Of a DNA stretch of 61,091 nt, positions 17,416-27,359 are shown piece by piece. The stretch's first letter is position 1. The number at the start of each line of letters is the position of its first letter. The notes beneath the pieces are model-generated. The model worked only from the letters and a program-made list of their open reading frames with translations, had not been told where the DNA came from and made no database searches. Source of the stretch: an uncultured Synergistaceae bacterium. GTDB lineage: Bacteria; Synergistota; Synergistia; Synergistales; Aminobacteriaceae. The stretch spans positions 1-61,091 of the forward strand of contig CALMZW010000071.1 in the NCBI GenBank assembly GCA_937870605.1, read 5' to 3'. The position numbers were made by a program, and so were the translations under genes.

Positions 17416-18693
17416 ATGAAGAGGCTTTTCGTATGTGTAATAGCGATGTTGCTGCTGCTGCCGCAGGGTGTGACCGGACGGGCTTCGGCGGGAGATGTTG
17501 ACGTGAACGGGTACCTTGCTCTGGTGCGGCGGTCGAACGAAGACATCCGCGCCTCGCTGCGGCTGGTCGAGGCGAAGTACTTTTCCGTCCGGTCGGCGCT
17601 GGCGACGCAGCGACCTGCCGCCGGACTCAAGGGAAACGCGTCCCGCGTCACGGGCGATACCGGGGGCGACTACACGCTCTCCGTCGCGGTCACCCATCGG
17701 TTCGACATTTCGGGAATCTACGGCGCCCAGGAGCGACAGCTCGTGCTCGGCTACGAAATCGCCGCCTCGGAACATGTTGCGACGGTCAACTCGCTGCTGG
17801 CGCAGGCCGAGCAGACCTACTGGAGCGCCGTGCTCGCGCGCGCGAACGTCCAACTCCAGAAAGACACGCTGGCGCAGCGTCTCGAGGATCTCCGGGTCAC
17901 CGAAGAGAAGTACGCCAACCAGCTGGTGCCGAAGCTCGATGTCATCCGGGCGTCCGCGAAGGTTGAAGAGAGCCGGAGTTTCCTCGTTGAGGCCGAAGCG
18001 CTCTATACGGACGCGCTCTCCCGGCTCGCCGCCCTTGCGGGAGGCGAGGAAGCGGTCCCCGTCCGGACCGAGCTGCTTGTCCCGGACAGGACGGTTTCTG
18101 CGGATTTCGAGGCCGCGTGGACGGCTCGTCCGGATGTCCGCGCGGGGACGCTCTCGGTCGAGCGGGCGAAGGTACTTCGGTCGCTTGCCGCGAAGGGAAT
18201 GTCGCCGACTCTGGACGGCAGCGTCGGGTATGTCTTTCTCACGGATTCAGCGAAATCGACGCCGCCGGAGCAAGAGGCGATCTTCTCGCTGACGGTCGGC
18301 GTGCCGGTTTCGGATGGCGGGGCCACGAAGGCGAACGTCCGGGAAAAGGAAAAGACGCTCGAAGCCGCCAACGCCTCGCTCCGATCGAAGCGCAACGAAG
18401 TGACGAAGGAGCTCGCCCTTGCGGAAAACGAATGGAAAAGCGCCGTCGCCGTGGAGCTCAGCAAACGCCAGCAGGTGGCCCGCTCCGACGAGGAACTCAA
18501 GATTACGCAGCTCATGTATAAGGAAGGCATGGGCGCGCAGATCGACCTCCTGAACGCGCAGGTCGAAAACCGGAAGGTCCGGACAGAACACCTGAACGCG
18601 ATCAAGGACATGTACTTCGCCCTTGTGAGTCTTCGGAAGGCGATTGGGCAATATGTCGCCGGCTATTCGAACACGTACGCCGGCGGAAAATAA
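17416..18693 (+). CDS. TolC-family outer-membrane efflux protein
   Basis: 425 aa with a signal peptide (MKRLFVCVIAMLLLLPQGVTG). It has a two-repeat coiled-coil/beta architecture typical of OEP family proteins. It sits in an operon with the MFP and RND genes. Confidence 0.85.
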   Translation: MKRLFVCVIAMLLLLPQGVTGRASAGDVDVNGYLALVRRSNEDIRASLRLVEAKYFSVRSALATQRPAAGLKGNASRVTGDTGGDYTLSVAVTHRFDISGIYGAQERQLVLGYEIAASEHVATVNSLLAQAEQTYWSAVLARANVQLQKDTLAQRLEDLRVTEEKYANQLVPKLDVIRASAKVEESRSFLVEAEALYTDALSRLAALAGGEEAVPVRTELLVPDRTVSADFEAAWTARPDVRAGTLSVERAKVLRSLAAKGMSPTLDGSVGYVFLTDSAKSTPPEQEAIFSLTVGVPVSDGGATKANVREKEKTLEAANASLRSKRNEVTKELALAENEWKSAVAVELSKRQQVARSDEELKITQLMYKEGMGAQIDLLNAQVENRKVRTEHLNAIKDMYFALVSLRKAIGQYVAGYSNTYAGGK

Positions 18694-18708
18694 CGGAGGA
18701 ACGAAACT

Positions 18709-19902
18709 ATGACCCAGGAACCGATATCTCCGGCGCAGCGGGGCTTCTGGTCCCGCTTTCTCAGCCGGGGGTTCTGGATAGTCCTCTTCGGGGCGGTGTT
18801 CCTGTTCGTCGGGTACCGTCTGGCCTTCCCGAACGCGGCCCGCCCCGCAGGTCCGAGCTCGGCCGACATACGGGCGGAAAAGGGGATCCCCGTCATGACG
18901 TACACGGTCGAAGAGGGACGATGGGACCTCTGGAAGACGTTCTACGGACAGGTGCAGTCGGCGACGACGCAGCAGGTGACGTCGTTCGTTCGCGAGTACA
19001 TCACGGGCGTGTCCGTTCAGGTGGGGGATCGCGTGAAGGCGGGAGACATCCTCGTCGAACTGTCCCGGGAGCTGGAGGGGACGCACCTTTCGGCGCTGAC
19101 CGCCGACTATCAGGACGCCCTCAAGGAGTACGAGCGGAAAAAGAGCCTGCATTCCGCGGGAGGGGTGTCGAAGCAGGAAGTCGAGAAGGCGTACGTCGCT
19201 CTGCAACAGAAGAAGTCCCTGCTGACGGACGTTCATACGCGGCTTTCCCGCACTGTCGTGCGGTCGAAGCTGACGGGCGTCGTCGTGGCCCGGGACGCGG
19301 AGATCGGAGAAATCGCCGACGCCGGACGACAGCTGCTGAAGGTCGCGGATCTGTCGAATCTCGAAGTCGACGTCGCGCTCGCGCCTGCCGATATCCTGCG
19401 GGTGCGCCCCGGGGTGTCCGCACGGATTCACCTCCAGGGGCTGACCTTTCCCGGAAGCGTGAAGCGGCTCGACCCGCAGGCGACAGCGTCCACGGGAATG
19501 CACCGCTGCATCGTCTCGCTTCAGCCGGGGGTGAACCTCCTGCCCGGAACGTTCGTCGAGGTGGAGCTTCAGGTGGATTCGCGCGACGGCGTCATCTCGA
19601 TCCCGTACGAGGTCCTTCGCCGCGAAGGAGAATCCACGCTGGTGTTCGTCGTCTCGGGAGACAGGGCCGTGCGGCGCGTGGTCACCCTCGGAGACGGACA
19701 GGGCGGAATCGTCGAAGTCCGTTCCAAGCTCTTCCCCGGCGACATACTCGTCAAGGAAGGGCTGGACAGCGTGTACGACGGCGCGAAGATCTGGGTCCGC
19801 GGCGGTCCGGACGACCCCGGGGCCGCGCTGCCGGGATCCGGCGCACCGGGACGTCCGGCGGGCGCGGGAACGACATCCGCCGATCTGCCGAAAACGAACT
19901 AG
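18709..19902 (+). CDS. efflux RND periplasmic adaptor (membrane fusion protein, HlyD/AcrA family)
   Basis: 397 aa with an N-terminal TM anchor and a lipoyl/hairpin/beta-barrel pattern (VKAGDILVEL..., DVALAPADILRVRPG). Confidence 0.85.
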   Translation: MTQEPISPAQRGFWSRFLSRGFWIVLFGAVFLFVGYRLAFPNAARPAGPSSADIRAEKGIPVMTYTVEEGRWDLWKTFYGQVQSATTQQVTSFVREYITGVSVQVGDRVKAGDILVELSRELEGTHLSALTADYQDALKEYERKKSLHSAGGVSKQEVEKAYVALQQKKSLLTDVHTRLSRTVVRSKLTGVVVARDAEIGEIADAGRQLLKVADLSNLEVDVALAPADILRVRPGVSARIHLQGLTFPGSVKRLDPQATASTGMHRCIVSLQPGVNLLPGTFVEVELQVDSRDGVISIPYEVLRREGESTLVFVVSGDRAVRRVVTLGDGQGGIVEVRSKLFPGDILVKEGLDSVYDGAKIWVRGGPDDPGAALPGSGAPGRPAGAGTTSADLPKTN

Positions 19903-19914
19903 GCGGGGCCTGTC

Positions 19915-22900
19915 ATGGGAGTCCTCCGATTATTCATCCGGCGTCCGGTCTTCACGACCGTGACCATTCTGCTTGCCGTGGTTATCGGAATATACAGCTA
20001 CCTGAGCCTCGGCGTCGCGCTCATTCCGAAGGTCGATATTCCGATCGTCGTCGTCAGCACCATCTACGAAGGCGCCGGCCCGACCGAGATCGAATCGCTC
20101 GTGAGCAAGCCGATCGAGGACGCCGTCGCGCAGGTGGAGGGAATCAAGCAGATCAAGAGCTACTCCGTCGAGGGAGCTTCCTTCGTTGTGGCGGAGTTCA
20201 AGTACGACGTCAACATCTCGCAGGCCGTGCTCGACGTCTCGAACCGCGTCAAGGCCATCGCCTCGCAGCTTCCGGAAGACGCAAAAGAGCCGGTGACGGA
20301 AAAGGTCGACATCAACGCCGAACCGTTCATGACCATCGCCGTGACCTCGAGCCTTCCGCCGGAACTGGCCTACGATGTGGTGGAGGACAAGATCCAGCGC
20401 CGCCTGACGCAGCTCCGGGGGCTCGCGAAGGCCGATATTCTCGGCGGAAGAAAGCGCGAAATCAACGTGTACATCGACCCCGCCAAGCTCGCCCACTTCG
20501 GCGTGACCCTCAGCGAGGTCATCAGCACGCTGTCCGTCAACAACTTCAACGATCCCTCCGGCCATATCGCGAAGGGCGACAGGGAGCTGACGGTTCGCGT
20601 CATCGGACAGGTCGATGACGCGGCGCAGATCGGCGAGATACGTCTCTACCGGAAGGACGGCGTCTCGATCCGGATATCGGACTTCGCCCGGGTGGTCGAC
20701 GCCACGGAAGAGGAACGGGGGTACGCCACGTATCAGGGACGCAAGGCGATTTTCGTCGAGTGCATCGCGAGCCCGAACAGCAACATCGTCTCGCTGAGCG
20801 CGGAGATTCGGAAGGAACTCGACAAAATCAAGGAATTTCTGCCGGAAGGATTCACCGTCATCATCACGAACGACGATTCAAACTTCATCAAGGAATCCAT
20901 CTGGAACGTCTTCACGAACATGGGGCAGGGGATTCTGCTCTGCGGGCTCGTCCTCTTCCTGTTCCTGCAGAACATCTCCGTCACGCTGGTGGTCGCGATC
21001 ACGATGCCGACGGCCGTCATCGCGACGTTCATCCTGATGTACGCATACAATATCACGATGAACATGATGAGTACGCTGGGGCTCGCAATTTCGATCGGCG
21101 TCCTCGTGAACAATGCGATCCTCGTTTTCGAAAACGTCTTCCGCTATCGCGAAATGGGGTACGGTCCGGTGGAGGCGGCGGAAAAGGGAACCGCGGAGAT
21201 AGCGATCTCTGTTCTGTCGACGACGTCGACGAACCTTGGCGTCTTCATTCCGGTCGCATTCACACAGGGGATCGCCGGGCAGTTTCTCAGGGATTTCGCC
21301 CTGACGGTGGTCTTTTCGACGATCTTTTCGCTCTGGACCGCCCTGACCTTTACGCCGATGATGGCTGCCCGGACGCCGTACGGTCCCCCGGGCCGGGTGA
21401 CCCGATTTCTCACGGGCTGGTGGATCTGGCTCTACTCCGGTTTCGAGGATCTGCACCATGTGTTGGTGACGAAAAGCGTCCGGCACCCGTGGCTGACGTT
21501 CGTTCTGTTCGGGGCGATGTTCGTCGGGGCCGTTTCCCTGTGGCCGCGCCTTGGCGTGGAATTCACGCCGAGAGTCGACGAAGGGGTCGTGAAAATCGAC
21601 ATGGAGCTTCCGACGACCGCGTCTCTTGCATACACGCGCCGTATCACCAGTCAGGTGGAGGCATTCGCAAAAGATCTGCCCGGGGTTCAGACCGTCGAGG
21701 TCCTCGTGGGCGGAAACCGGACGAATTCCGGCGTCAACCGGAGCCGGGTCCGGCTGTTCATGACGAAGGAAAAGGATCGCCCGAGCACCTTTGACATCGC
21801 CGACATGCTTCGCCCCTATCTCGCCGGAATTCCGGACCTCACGACCACGGTCGCGGCCGCAGAAAGCGGAGGCGGCCCCGGAAAACCCATCGAGGTGTCG
21901 GTCATCGGCGACGATATCGAAACGCTGAATGCGATAGCGCTGAAAATGCTGGCGCTCGTCCGGGAGACGAAAGGCGCCGTGGATGCCGATGTGGACTGGC
22001 GTCTGGGACGGACCGAACTTCGCGTCGAACCCAACCGCTGGCGTCTTGGGCAGCTCGGGCTGACCGTCGATGATGTAGCCGTTGCGACGCGGGGGTATAT
22101 CACCGGGAAGAAAGCCGGAGTTTTCCGGTCGGGCGGGAAGGAATACGATATCCTGGCGCGGCTCGAACCGGCGAAGGTGGAGACGGTCTTTCAGGTTCCC
22201 GATCTGCCCTTGCCGGCGCGGGATGTCTACGTTCCCCTCAAATCCGTTGCGGTTATGACCTACGGCCTCGGCCCCACGCGCATTCTCCGCACGGACCGGA
22301 TGCGTTCCGTAACCGTCCAGGCGGATGTCTCCGGTCGCTCCGTCGGAGAAGTTTTCGCGGAGATCCAGAAAAAACTCAAGGAAGTCACCGTCCCGCGGGG
22401 ATACCGGATCAAGTACGGCGGCGAAGTCGAGGATATGCGGGAAAACTTCCTGTATCTGGGAATCGCTTTCGTCATGGCCATCATCCTGACCTTCCTCATG
22501 ATCGCCGCGATCATCGAGTCGTATTTTTACGCGCTGATCATCATGCTGACGGTTCCGCTCGCGGTCATCGGCGTGATCCCGCTGCAGTTCATCACGAACA
22601 CGAATACGTCGATCTACGGGATTCTCGGGTTCATCATGCTGGTCGGCATGGTGGTCAACAACGCCCTCGTGATCCTCGACTATGCGGAAATGACGCGCAA
22701 GGAGGGAAAGGACCCGACGGAGGCGATTCTGGAAGCCTGCACGGTGCGTCTTCGCCCCATCATTATGGCGGACCTGACCTCGGTTATCGCAATGCTTCCG
22801 CTGGCACTCGGCCTCGGCGCCGGAGGGGCGTACCGAGCGCCGATGGCGATCGTTTCGATCGGCGGCATCGTGGCGGGGGGCAGCCTTGCGCTCTTTGTCA

Positions 22901-22980
22901 TCCCTCCGGTGTATTCGTTGATCTGGCGGTTCCGTGGGTGGCGGGCGGGGCGAAAACGATCGCACCTTTCCGAAGCGTAA
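19915..22980 (+). CDS. RND efflux permease (AcrB/AcrD/AcrF family)
   Basis: 1021 aa with a 12-TM layout and two large periplasmic loops. Typical N-terminus FIRRPVFTTV and conserved TM4 and TM10 regions. Confidence 0.95.
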   Translation: MGVLRLFIRRPVFTTVTILLAVVIGIYSYLSLGVALIPKVDIPIVVVSTIYEGAGPTEIESLVSKPIEDAVAQVEGIKQIKSYSVEGASFVVAEFKYDVNISQAVLDVSNRVKAIASQLPEDAKEPVTEKVDINAEPFMTIAVTSSLPPELAYDVVEDKIQRRLTQLRGLAKADILGGRKREINVYIDPAKLAHFGVTLSEVISTLSVNNFNDPSGHIAKGDRELTVRVIGQVDDAAQIGEIRLYRKDGVSIRISDFARVVDATEEERGYATYQGRKAIFVECIASPNSNIVSLSAEIRKELDKIKEFLPEGFTVIITNDDSNFIKESIWNVFTNMGQGILLCGLVLFLFLQNISVTLVVAITMPTAVIATFILMYAYNITMNMMSTLGLAISIGVLVNNAILVFENVFRYREMGYGPVEAAEKGTAEIAISVLSTTSTNLGVFIPVAFTQGIAGQFLRDFALTVVFSTIFSLWTALTFTPMMAARTPYGPPGRVTRFLTGWWIWLYSGFEDLHHVLVTKSVRHPWLTFVLFGAMFVGAVSLWPRLGVEFTPRVDEGVVKIDMELPTTASLAYTRRITSQVEAFAKDLPGVQTVEVLVGGNRTNSGVNRSRVRLFMTKEKDRPSTFDIADMLRPYLAGIPDLTTTVAAAESGGGPGKPIEVSVIGDDIETLNAIALKMLALVRETKGAVDADVDWRLGRTELRVEPNRWRLGQLGLTVDDVAVATRGYITGKKAGVFRSGGKEYDILARLEPAKVETVFQVPDLPLPARDVYVPLKSVAVMTYGLGPTRILRTDRMRSVTVQADVSGRSVGEVFAEIQKKLKEVTVPRGYRIKYGGEVEDMRENFLYLGIAFVMAIILTFLMIAAIIESYFYALIIMLTVPLAVIGVIPLQFITNTNTSIYGILGFIMLVGMVVNNALVILDYAEMTRKEGKDPTEAILEACTVRLRPIIMADLTSVIAMLPLALGLGAGGAYRAPMAIVSIGGIVAGGSLALFVIPPVYSLIWRFRGWRAGRKRSHLSEA

Positions 22981-23099
22981 CCGTCCGGCGTAGGCCCATT
23001 CCGCGGCCCACCACATGTAGCGGGGGGTCCGCCGTTTTTATGAAAGCTTTTCCTTGTAAGACTCTCAAAAAGTATGTGTTTTGGTTTATTGTATGCGAT

Positions 23100-23128
23100 T
23101 TGCCAAACTCACGTTCGGTCGCTATAAT
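23100..23128 (+). promoter_or_regulatory. sigma70-like promoter TTGCCA-17-TATAAT
   Basis: TTGCCA 23100-23105, 17-nt spacer, TATAAT 23123-23128, preceded by an AT-rich UP-like stretch. Confidence 0.65.
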
Positions 23129-23195
23129 CTCGTCCGTGAGAAACAGACCCTCCCCCTGAGGTGTTTTTTTGTGAACGTGTAAAGGAGGCGGATCT

Positions 23196-23828
23196 ATGGA
23201 CCGTAAGACATTCGGTTCTCCGTTGGTATTTGCAATCATGGCGGCATTTGTGCTCGTTCTGTGTTTCGCGGTGCAGGCGCGCGCGGAAGGAGAACGTCTG
23301 GACAAGCTTCAGGTTCAGGCGTCCCGGACAAAACCCTCGAAGAAAAATCACGTCGATGCCCGAAGAATCAAGAAAGGCGTCATCGCCGAACGGCTCCGGA
23401 AGAGCAACGCCGAGCTGGATTCGGCGAAGGCTGCGGTTTGGGCGAATTACATCATGGACGCCTCGGATGAATTCGGCGTCGATCCCTTCATGATCTCCGC
23501 AATCATCGTCAAAGAGTCGGGGGCGCAGAGCAACGTTCGTTCGCGAACGAGCCACGGGCTCATGCAGATCAACTGGAAGGCCCACAGGACCGGCCTGACC
23601 TCATCGTTCTCCGGCATCGATTCGCGGACGGACATCTACGATCCCAAGAAGAACATCCTGGCAGGGACGTATATTTTTTCGTGCTATCTCAGGTCATCGG
23701 GCGGCGACGTCCAGAAGGCCCTCAAACGCTATGTCGGCGGGAACGCCCCCCGATATGTGTCCGGGGTGATCAACTGCCGGAAGGAACTTGACACGCGTTT
23801 CGCGCAGCACATCAACAAAGTGAACTAG
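23196..23828 (+). CDS. lytic transglycosylase (SLT domain), exported
   Basis: Signal/TM segment LVFAIMAAFVLVLCFAV. SLT motifs are IIVKESGAQ (catalytic Glu) and SHGLMQIN. Confidence 0.8.
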   Translation: MDRKTFGSPLVFAIMAAFVLVLCFAVQARAEGERLDKLQVQASRTKPSKKNHVDARRIKKGVIAERLRKSNAELDSAKAAVWANYIMDASDEFGVDPFMISAIIVKESGAQSNVRSRTSHGLMQINWKAHRTGLTSSFSGIDSRTDIYDPKKNILAGTYIFSCYLRSSGGDVQKALKRYVGGNAPRYVSGVINCRKELDTRFAQHINKVN

Positions 23829-23859
23829 CAGGCACGGACAGTATAAGGGGAAGGACGGG

Positions 23860-23901
23860 GGCAGGCCGCACCGACGAGGGTGTGCGGTCTGCCGCCTTTT
23901 T
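23860..23901 (+). terminator. intrinsic terminator
   Basis: GGCAGGCCGCAC ... GTGCGGTCTGCC (one G-U pair) followed by GCCTTTTT. Confidence 0.7.
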
Positions 23902-23938
23902 GTGTGTCGAAACGTGCTTCGAAAGGGGAGTGGAATAC

Positions 23939-25909
23939 GTGACGGATTTTGATGCGAAAACGGAGCGGCTCCAGTTTCAGACGGAAGCGAAACAGATTCT
24001 CGAAATGATGATTTACTCGGTCTATTCCCATCGGGAGATCTTCCTGCGGGAACTGATATCGAACGCGTCGGACGCGCTTGACAAGCTTCGGCTCGAGGCG
24101 ATCCGCAATCCCGATTTTGCGGCCGGACACGAGCCGAAGATCCGGATCGACCGGGACGAGAAGGATCGGATCCTCTCGATATCGGACAACGGCATCGGCA
24201 TGACGCGCGAGGAGATCGTCGAGTTTCTCGGGACGATCGCGCGGTCGGGAACGCGTGAATTTCTCGAACGCGTGAAGGAGCAGCCGGAGCAGAACATGGC
24301 GGAAATGCTGATCGGCCGGTTCGGCGTAGGGTTCTATTCGAGCTTCATGGTTGCCGACAGGGTCGTCCTCGTCACGCGACGCGCGGGGACTTCCGACGTC
24401 TGGAGGTTCGAGTCGACCGGAGACGGAACGTACACGATCGAACGGGCGGACGCCCCCGGGGCGTTCGGCGCGCTACCCGGCGGGTTCGGAACGACGGTCG
24501 AGTTGCATCTCAAGCCGGAAAACGAGGAAACCGGGATGGAGGATTACGTCTCCGAATGGACGATCCGTGAGATCGTACGGAAATACTCCGATTTTGTCTC
24601 CTGCCCGATCGAGATGTCCGTCACGTCCGAAAAGGACGGCAAAACCGTCGCGGAGGACGTCGTTCTGAATTCGATGAAGGCCATCTGGACGCGCCCCGAG
24701 TCCGAGGTGTCCGACGAAGAGTACTCCGAGTTCTACCGGCATCTCTCGCACGATACGAACCCGCCGCTGCGCCGGATTCTCTTCTCCGCGGAAGGCGCCA
24801 CGGAATTCCGGGGGCTCGTCTTCATCCCCTCGAAGGCGCCGGGCGACCTGTTCTTCAGGGAACGGGAGAGCGGCATCAGCCTGTACATCAAACGGATCTT
24901 CATTATGAGCGGGTGTACGGACATCGTCCCCGGATTTCTGCGGTTCCTTCACGGCGTCATCGACTCCGAGGACCTTCCGCTGAACATCTCCCGCGAGATC
25001 CTGCAGAACGACCCGAAGCTGCGCATCATGCGGCGGAGCCTTGTCCGCCGCGTGTTCGCAAGCCTGAAGAAGCTCCGCGACGAGAACCGCGACACGTTCG
25101 GCGCGTTCTGGAAAGAGTTCGGGGCCGTTCTCAAGGAGGGCATCGTCCAGGAGCCCGACGTTCGCGAGCAGATCCTCGACCTGTGTCTCTGGCGGAGCAC
25201 GAAGGACGATGGCCTGACCACGCTCGACGAATACATCTCCCGGATGCCCGAAGGGCAGGAGGGAATCTACTATTTGACGGGACGCGACTGCGACGCGCTC
25301 CGAAGCTCCCCGCACCTCGAAGCGTTCCTCGCGGGGGGGAAAGAGGTCCTGCTGCTCTGCGATCCCGTTGACGACCTCGTCATGCCCATGACGTTCGAAT
25401 ACAAGGAGAAAAAGCTCCTCTCCGTGTCCCGCGAAGGAGTCACCCCTTCGGGAAGCGAAAACACGAAGGATGAGGCCTCCCGTTCCGAACGCGAAGCGAC
25501 GCTCCGTCCGCTGATCGACGCCGCGAAGACGGTCCTGTCGAAGGTCGTACGGGATGTGCGGGTCTCCGATCGGCTCACGTCCTCGCCGTCCTGCCTGGTC
25601 TCCGATCCGAACGCGCTTTCGCCCCAGATGGAGCGTATGTTTCGCGAGATGGGGCAGGCCGTGCCGCCGACGAAACGGATTCTCGAACTCAACGCCGCGC
25701 ATCCGCTCGTGACGAAACTGAACGAACGGCTCGACGGCATGGAAGCGTCGGAAAAAGACTCTCTGCTCGGTCTCCTGTACGATCAGGCGCTTCTCGCCGA
25801 AGGCGTCGTCCCCGAGCGGCTCCAGGATCTTGCGAGCGGGGTCGCGAAGCTCATGCAGGGGTATCTCGAACGTCCCGGAACCGGGGTTACGGAAGCGAAC
25901 GAACGATAA
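23939..25909 (+). CDS. htpG: molecular chaperone HtpG (Hsp90)
   Basis: FQTEAKQILEMMIYSVYSHREIFLRELISNASDALDKLR signature. GTG 23939 lies 8 nt after AAAGGGGAG. The track start at 23882 lies inside the upstream terminator. Confidence 0.95.
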   Translation: MTDFDAKTERLQFQTEAKQILEMMIYSVYSHREIFLRELISNASDALDKLRLEAIRNPDFAAGHEPKIRIDRDEKDRILSISDNGIGMTREEIVEFLGTIARSGTREFLERVKEQPEQNMAEMLIGRFGVGFYSSFMVADRVVLVTRRAGTSDVWRFESTGDGTYTIERADAPGAFGALPGGFGTTVELHLKPENEETGMEDYVSEWTIREIVRKYSDFVSCPIEMSVTSEKDGKTVAEDVVLNSMKAIWTRPESEVSDEEYSEFYRHLSHDTNPPLRRILFSAEGATEFRGLVFIPSKAPGDLFFRERESGISLYIKRIFIMSGCTDIVPGFLRFLHGVIDSEDLPLNISREILQNDPKLRIMRRSLVRRVFASLKKLRDENRDTFGAFWKEFGAVLKEGIVQEPDVREQILDLCLWRSTKDDGLTTLDEYISRMPEGQEGIYYLTGRDCDALRSSPHLEAFLAGGKEVLLLCDPVDDLVMPMTFEYKEKKLLSVSREGVTPSGSENTKDEASRSEREATLRPLIDAAKTVLSKVVRDVRVSDRLTSSPSCLVSDPNALSPQMERMFREMGQAVPPTKRILELNAAHPLVTKLNERLDGMEASEKDSLLGLLYDQALLAEGVVPERLQDLASGVAKLMQGYLERPGTGVTEANER

Positions 25910-25934
25910 AATTAACTTTCCTTTTATGTTGTCA

Positions 25935-25963
25935 TTGACATGTTCCGACGCATGGGATACCCT
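25935..25963 (+). promoter_or_regulatory. candidate promoter TTGACA-17-TACCCT
   Basis: TTGACA 25935-25940, with a weak -10 TACCCT at 25958-25963. Confidence 0.35.
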
Positions 25964-26010
25964 TTTGAACGTATGGTTCGCATCACATATTTCTCAAAGG
26001 AGGCAGGTTC

Positions 26011-27216
26011 ATGAAAAAAGCACTTGCTCTTGTTTTGGGTATGGCGCTCGCAGCGGCTCTGTCCGGCGCGGCGCTCGCGGCGGAAGCTCCGTTCCATATC
26101 GGCATCTGCACGGGGACGGTGTCCCAGTCGGAAGACGATCTCCGGGGCGCTGAGAAGCTCATCGAACTGTACGGCGACGTCAAGAACGGCGGCATGATCC
26201 AGCACATCACCTATCCGGACAATTTCATGACGGAAATGGAAACGACGATCTCCCAGATCGCCGCGCTCGCGGACGATCCCAAGATGAAGGCCGTCATCGT
26301 CAACCAGGGAATCCCCGGAACGGCTCCGGCCTTCAAGAAGATCCGCGAGAAGCGCCCCGACATCTTCCTCATGGTCGGCGAAGCGCATGAGGATCCCGGC
26401 ACCATCGAACCCGTTGCCGACGTCGTCATCAACGCCGACAACATCGCGCGCGGCTATCTGATCATCGCCGCGGCGAAGAAAATGGGCGCCGACACGTTCG
26501 TCCATATTTCCTTCCCGCGTCACATGAGCTACGAGCTTCTTTCCCGCCGCCGGAACATCATGGAAGCAGCGTGCAAGGACCTCGGCCTGAAGTTCGTATT
26601 CGAGACCGCGCCCGACCCGACGAGCGACATCGGCGTTCCCGGCGCGCAGCAGTTCATCCTTGAGAAGGTTCCGGCCTGGCTCGACAAGTACGGCAAGAAG
26701 ACTGCGTTCTTCTGCACGAACGACGCGCACACCGAACCGCTGCTCAAGAGAATCGCCGAACTCGGCGGATACTTCGTCGAGGCCGACCTTCCCTCTCCGC
26801 TCATGGGATATCCCGGAGCGCTCGGCATCGAATTGTCCGACGTGAAGGGCGACTGGCCGAAGATCCTGAAGAAGGTCGAAGACGCAGTCGTCGCCAAGGG
26901 CGGCGCCAAGCGCATGGGAACCTGGGCGTACTCCTACGGCTACACGAACTCCGTGGCGCTCGGCGAGCTCGCGAAGGTTCTCATCGAGAGAAAGGAAACT
27001 CCGAAGGACCTCAAACTCAAGATGAAGGACGTCACCGCGGCCTACGAAAAGTTCACCCCCGGCGCCAAGTGGAACGGCAGTCTGTACACCGACATCGCCA
27101 CGGGCGTCAAGAAAAAGAACCACCTGCTCATGTACGAGGATACGTATGTGTTCGGACTCGGATATCTCGGAATGACGGGAGTCACCGTTCCCGAGAAGTA
27201 CTTCACGGTAAAATAA
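26011..27216 (+). CDS. exported substrate-binding protein of unknown specificity (type I periplasmic-binding-fold-like; resembles proteins I recall as DUF3798)
   Basis: Signal peptide MKKALALVLGMALAAALSGAALAA. 401 aa, first gene of a CUT2-type ABC operon. I recognise no sugar-binding-protein motifs. Confidence 0.65.
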   Translation: MKKALALVLGMALAAALSGAALAAEAPFHIGICTGTVSQSEDDLRGAEKLIELYGDVKNGGMIQHITYPDNFMTEMETTISQIAALADDPKMKAVIVNQGIPGTAPAFKKIREKRPDIFLMVGEAHEDPGTIEPVADVVINADNIARGYLIIAAAKKMGADTFVHISFPRHMSYELLSRRRNIMEAACKDLGLKFVFETAPDPTSDIGVPGAQQFILEKVPAWLDKYGKKTAFFCTNDAHTEPLLKRIAELGGYFVEADLPSPLMGYPGALGIELSDVKGDWPKILKKVEDAVVAKGGAKRMGTWAYSYGYTNSVALGELAKVLIERKETPKDLKLKMKDVTAAYEKFTPGAKWNGSLYTDIATGVKKKNHLLMYEDTYVFGLGYLGMTGVTVPEKYFTVK

Positions 27217-27237
27217 CCGGCCCCGTTTCGTTCACGA

Positions 27238-27268
27238 GGGGGAGAGAGGGTTGACTCTCTCCCCCTTT
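27238..27268 (+). terminator. intercistronic hairpin / partial terminator between the binding-protein and ATPase genes
   Basis: 11-bp perfect stem GGGGGAGAGAG / CTCTCTCCCCC with loop GGTTGA, followed by only TTT. Confidence 0.5.
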
Positions 27269-27359
27269 GCATGCAATCGGACCGGTTGACGATACGAGAC
27301 AGGGCTTTCGACCAATCCGCGAGGAACGGATCGGGCCCGCAAAGAGGTGATGGTGTCTT

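Noticed and set aside
23018-23040. Possible terminator after the RND gene (GCGGGGGGTCCGCCGTTTTT)
   Set aside because: Only about 4 bp can pair (GCGG/CCGC), which is too weak to call despite the T tract.
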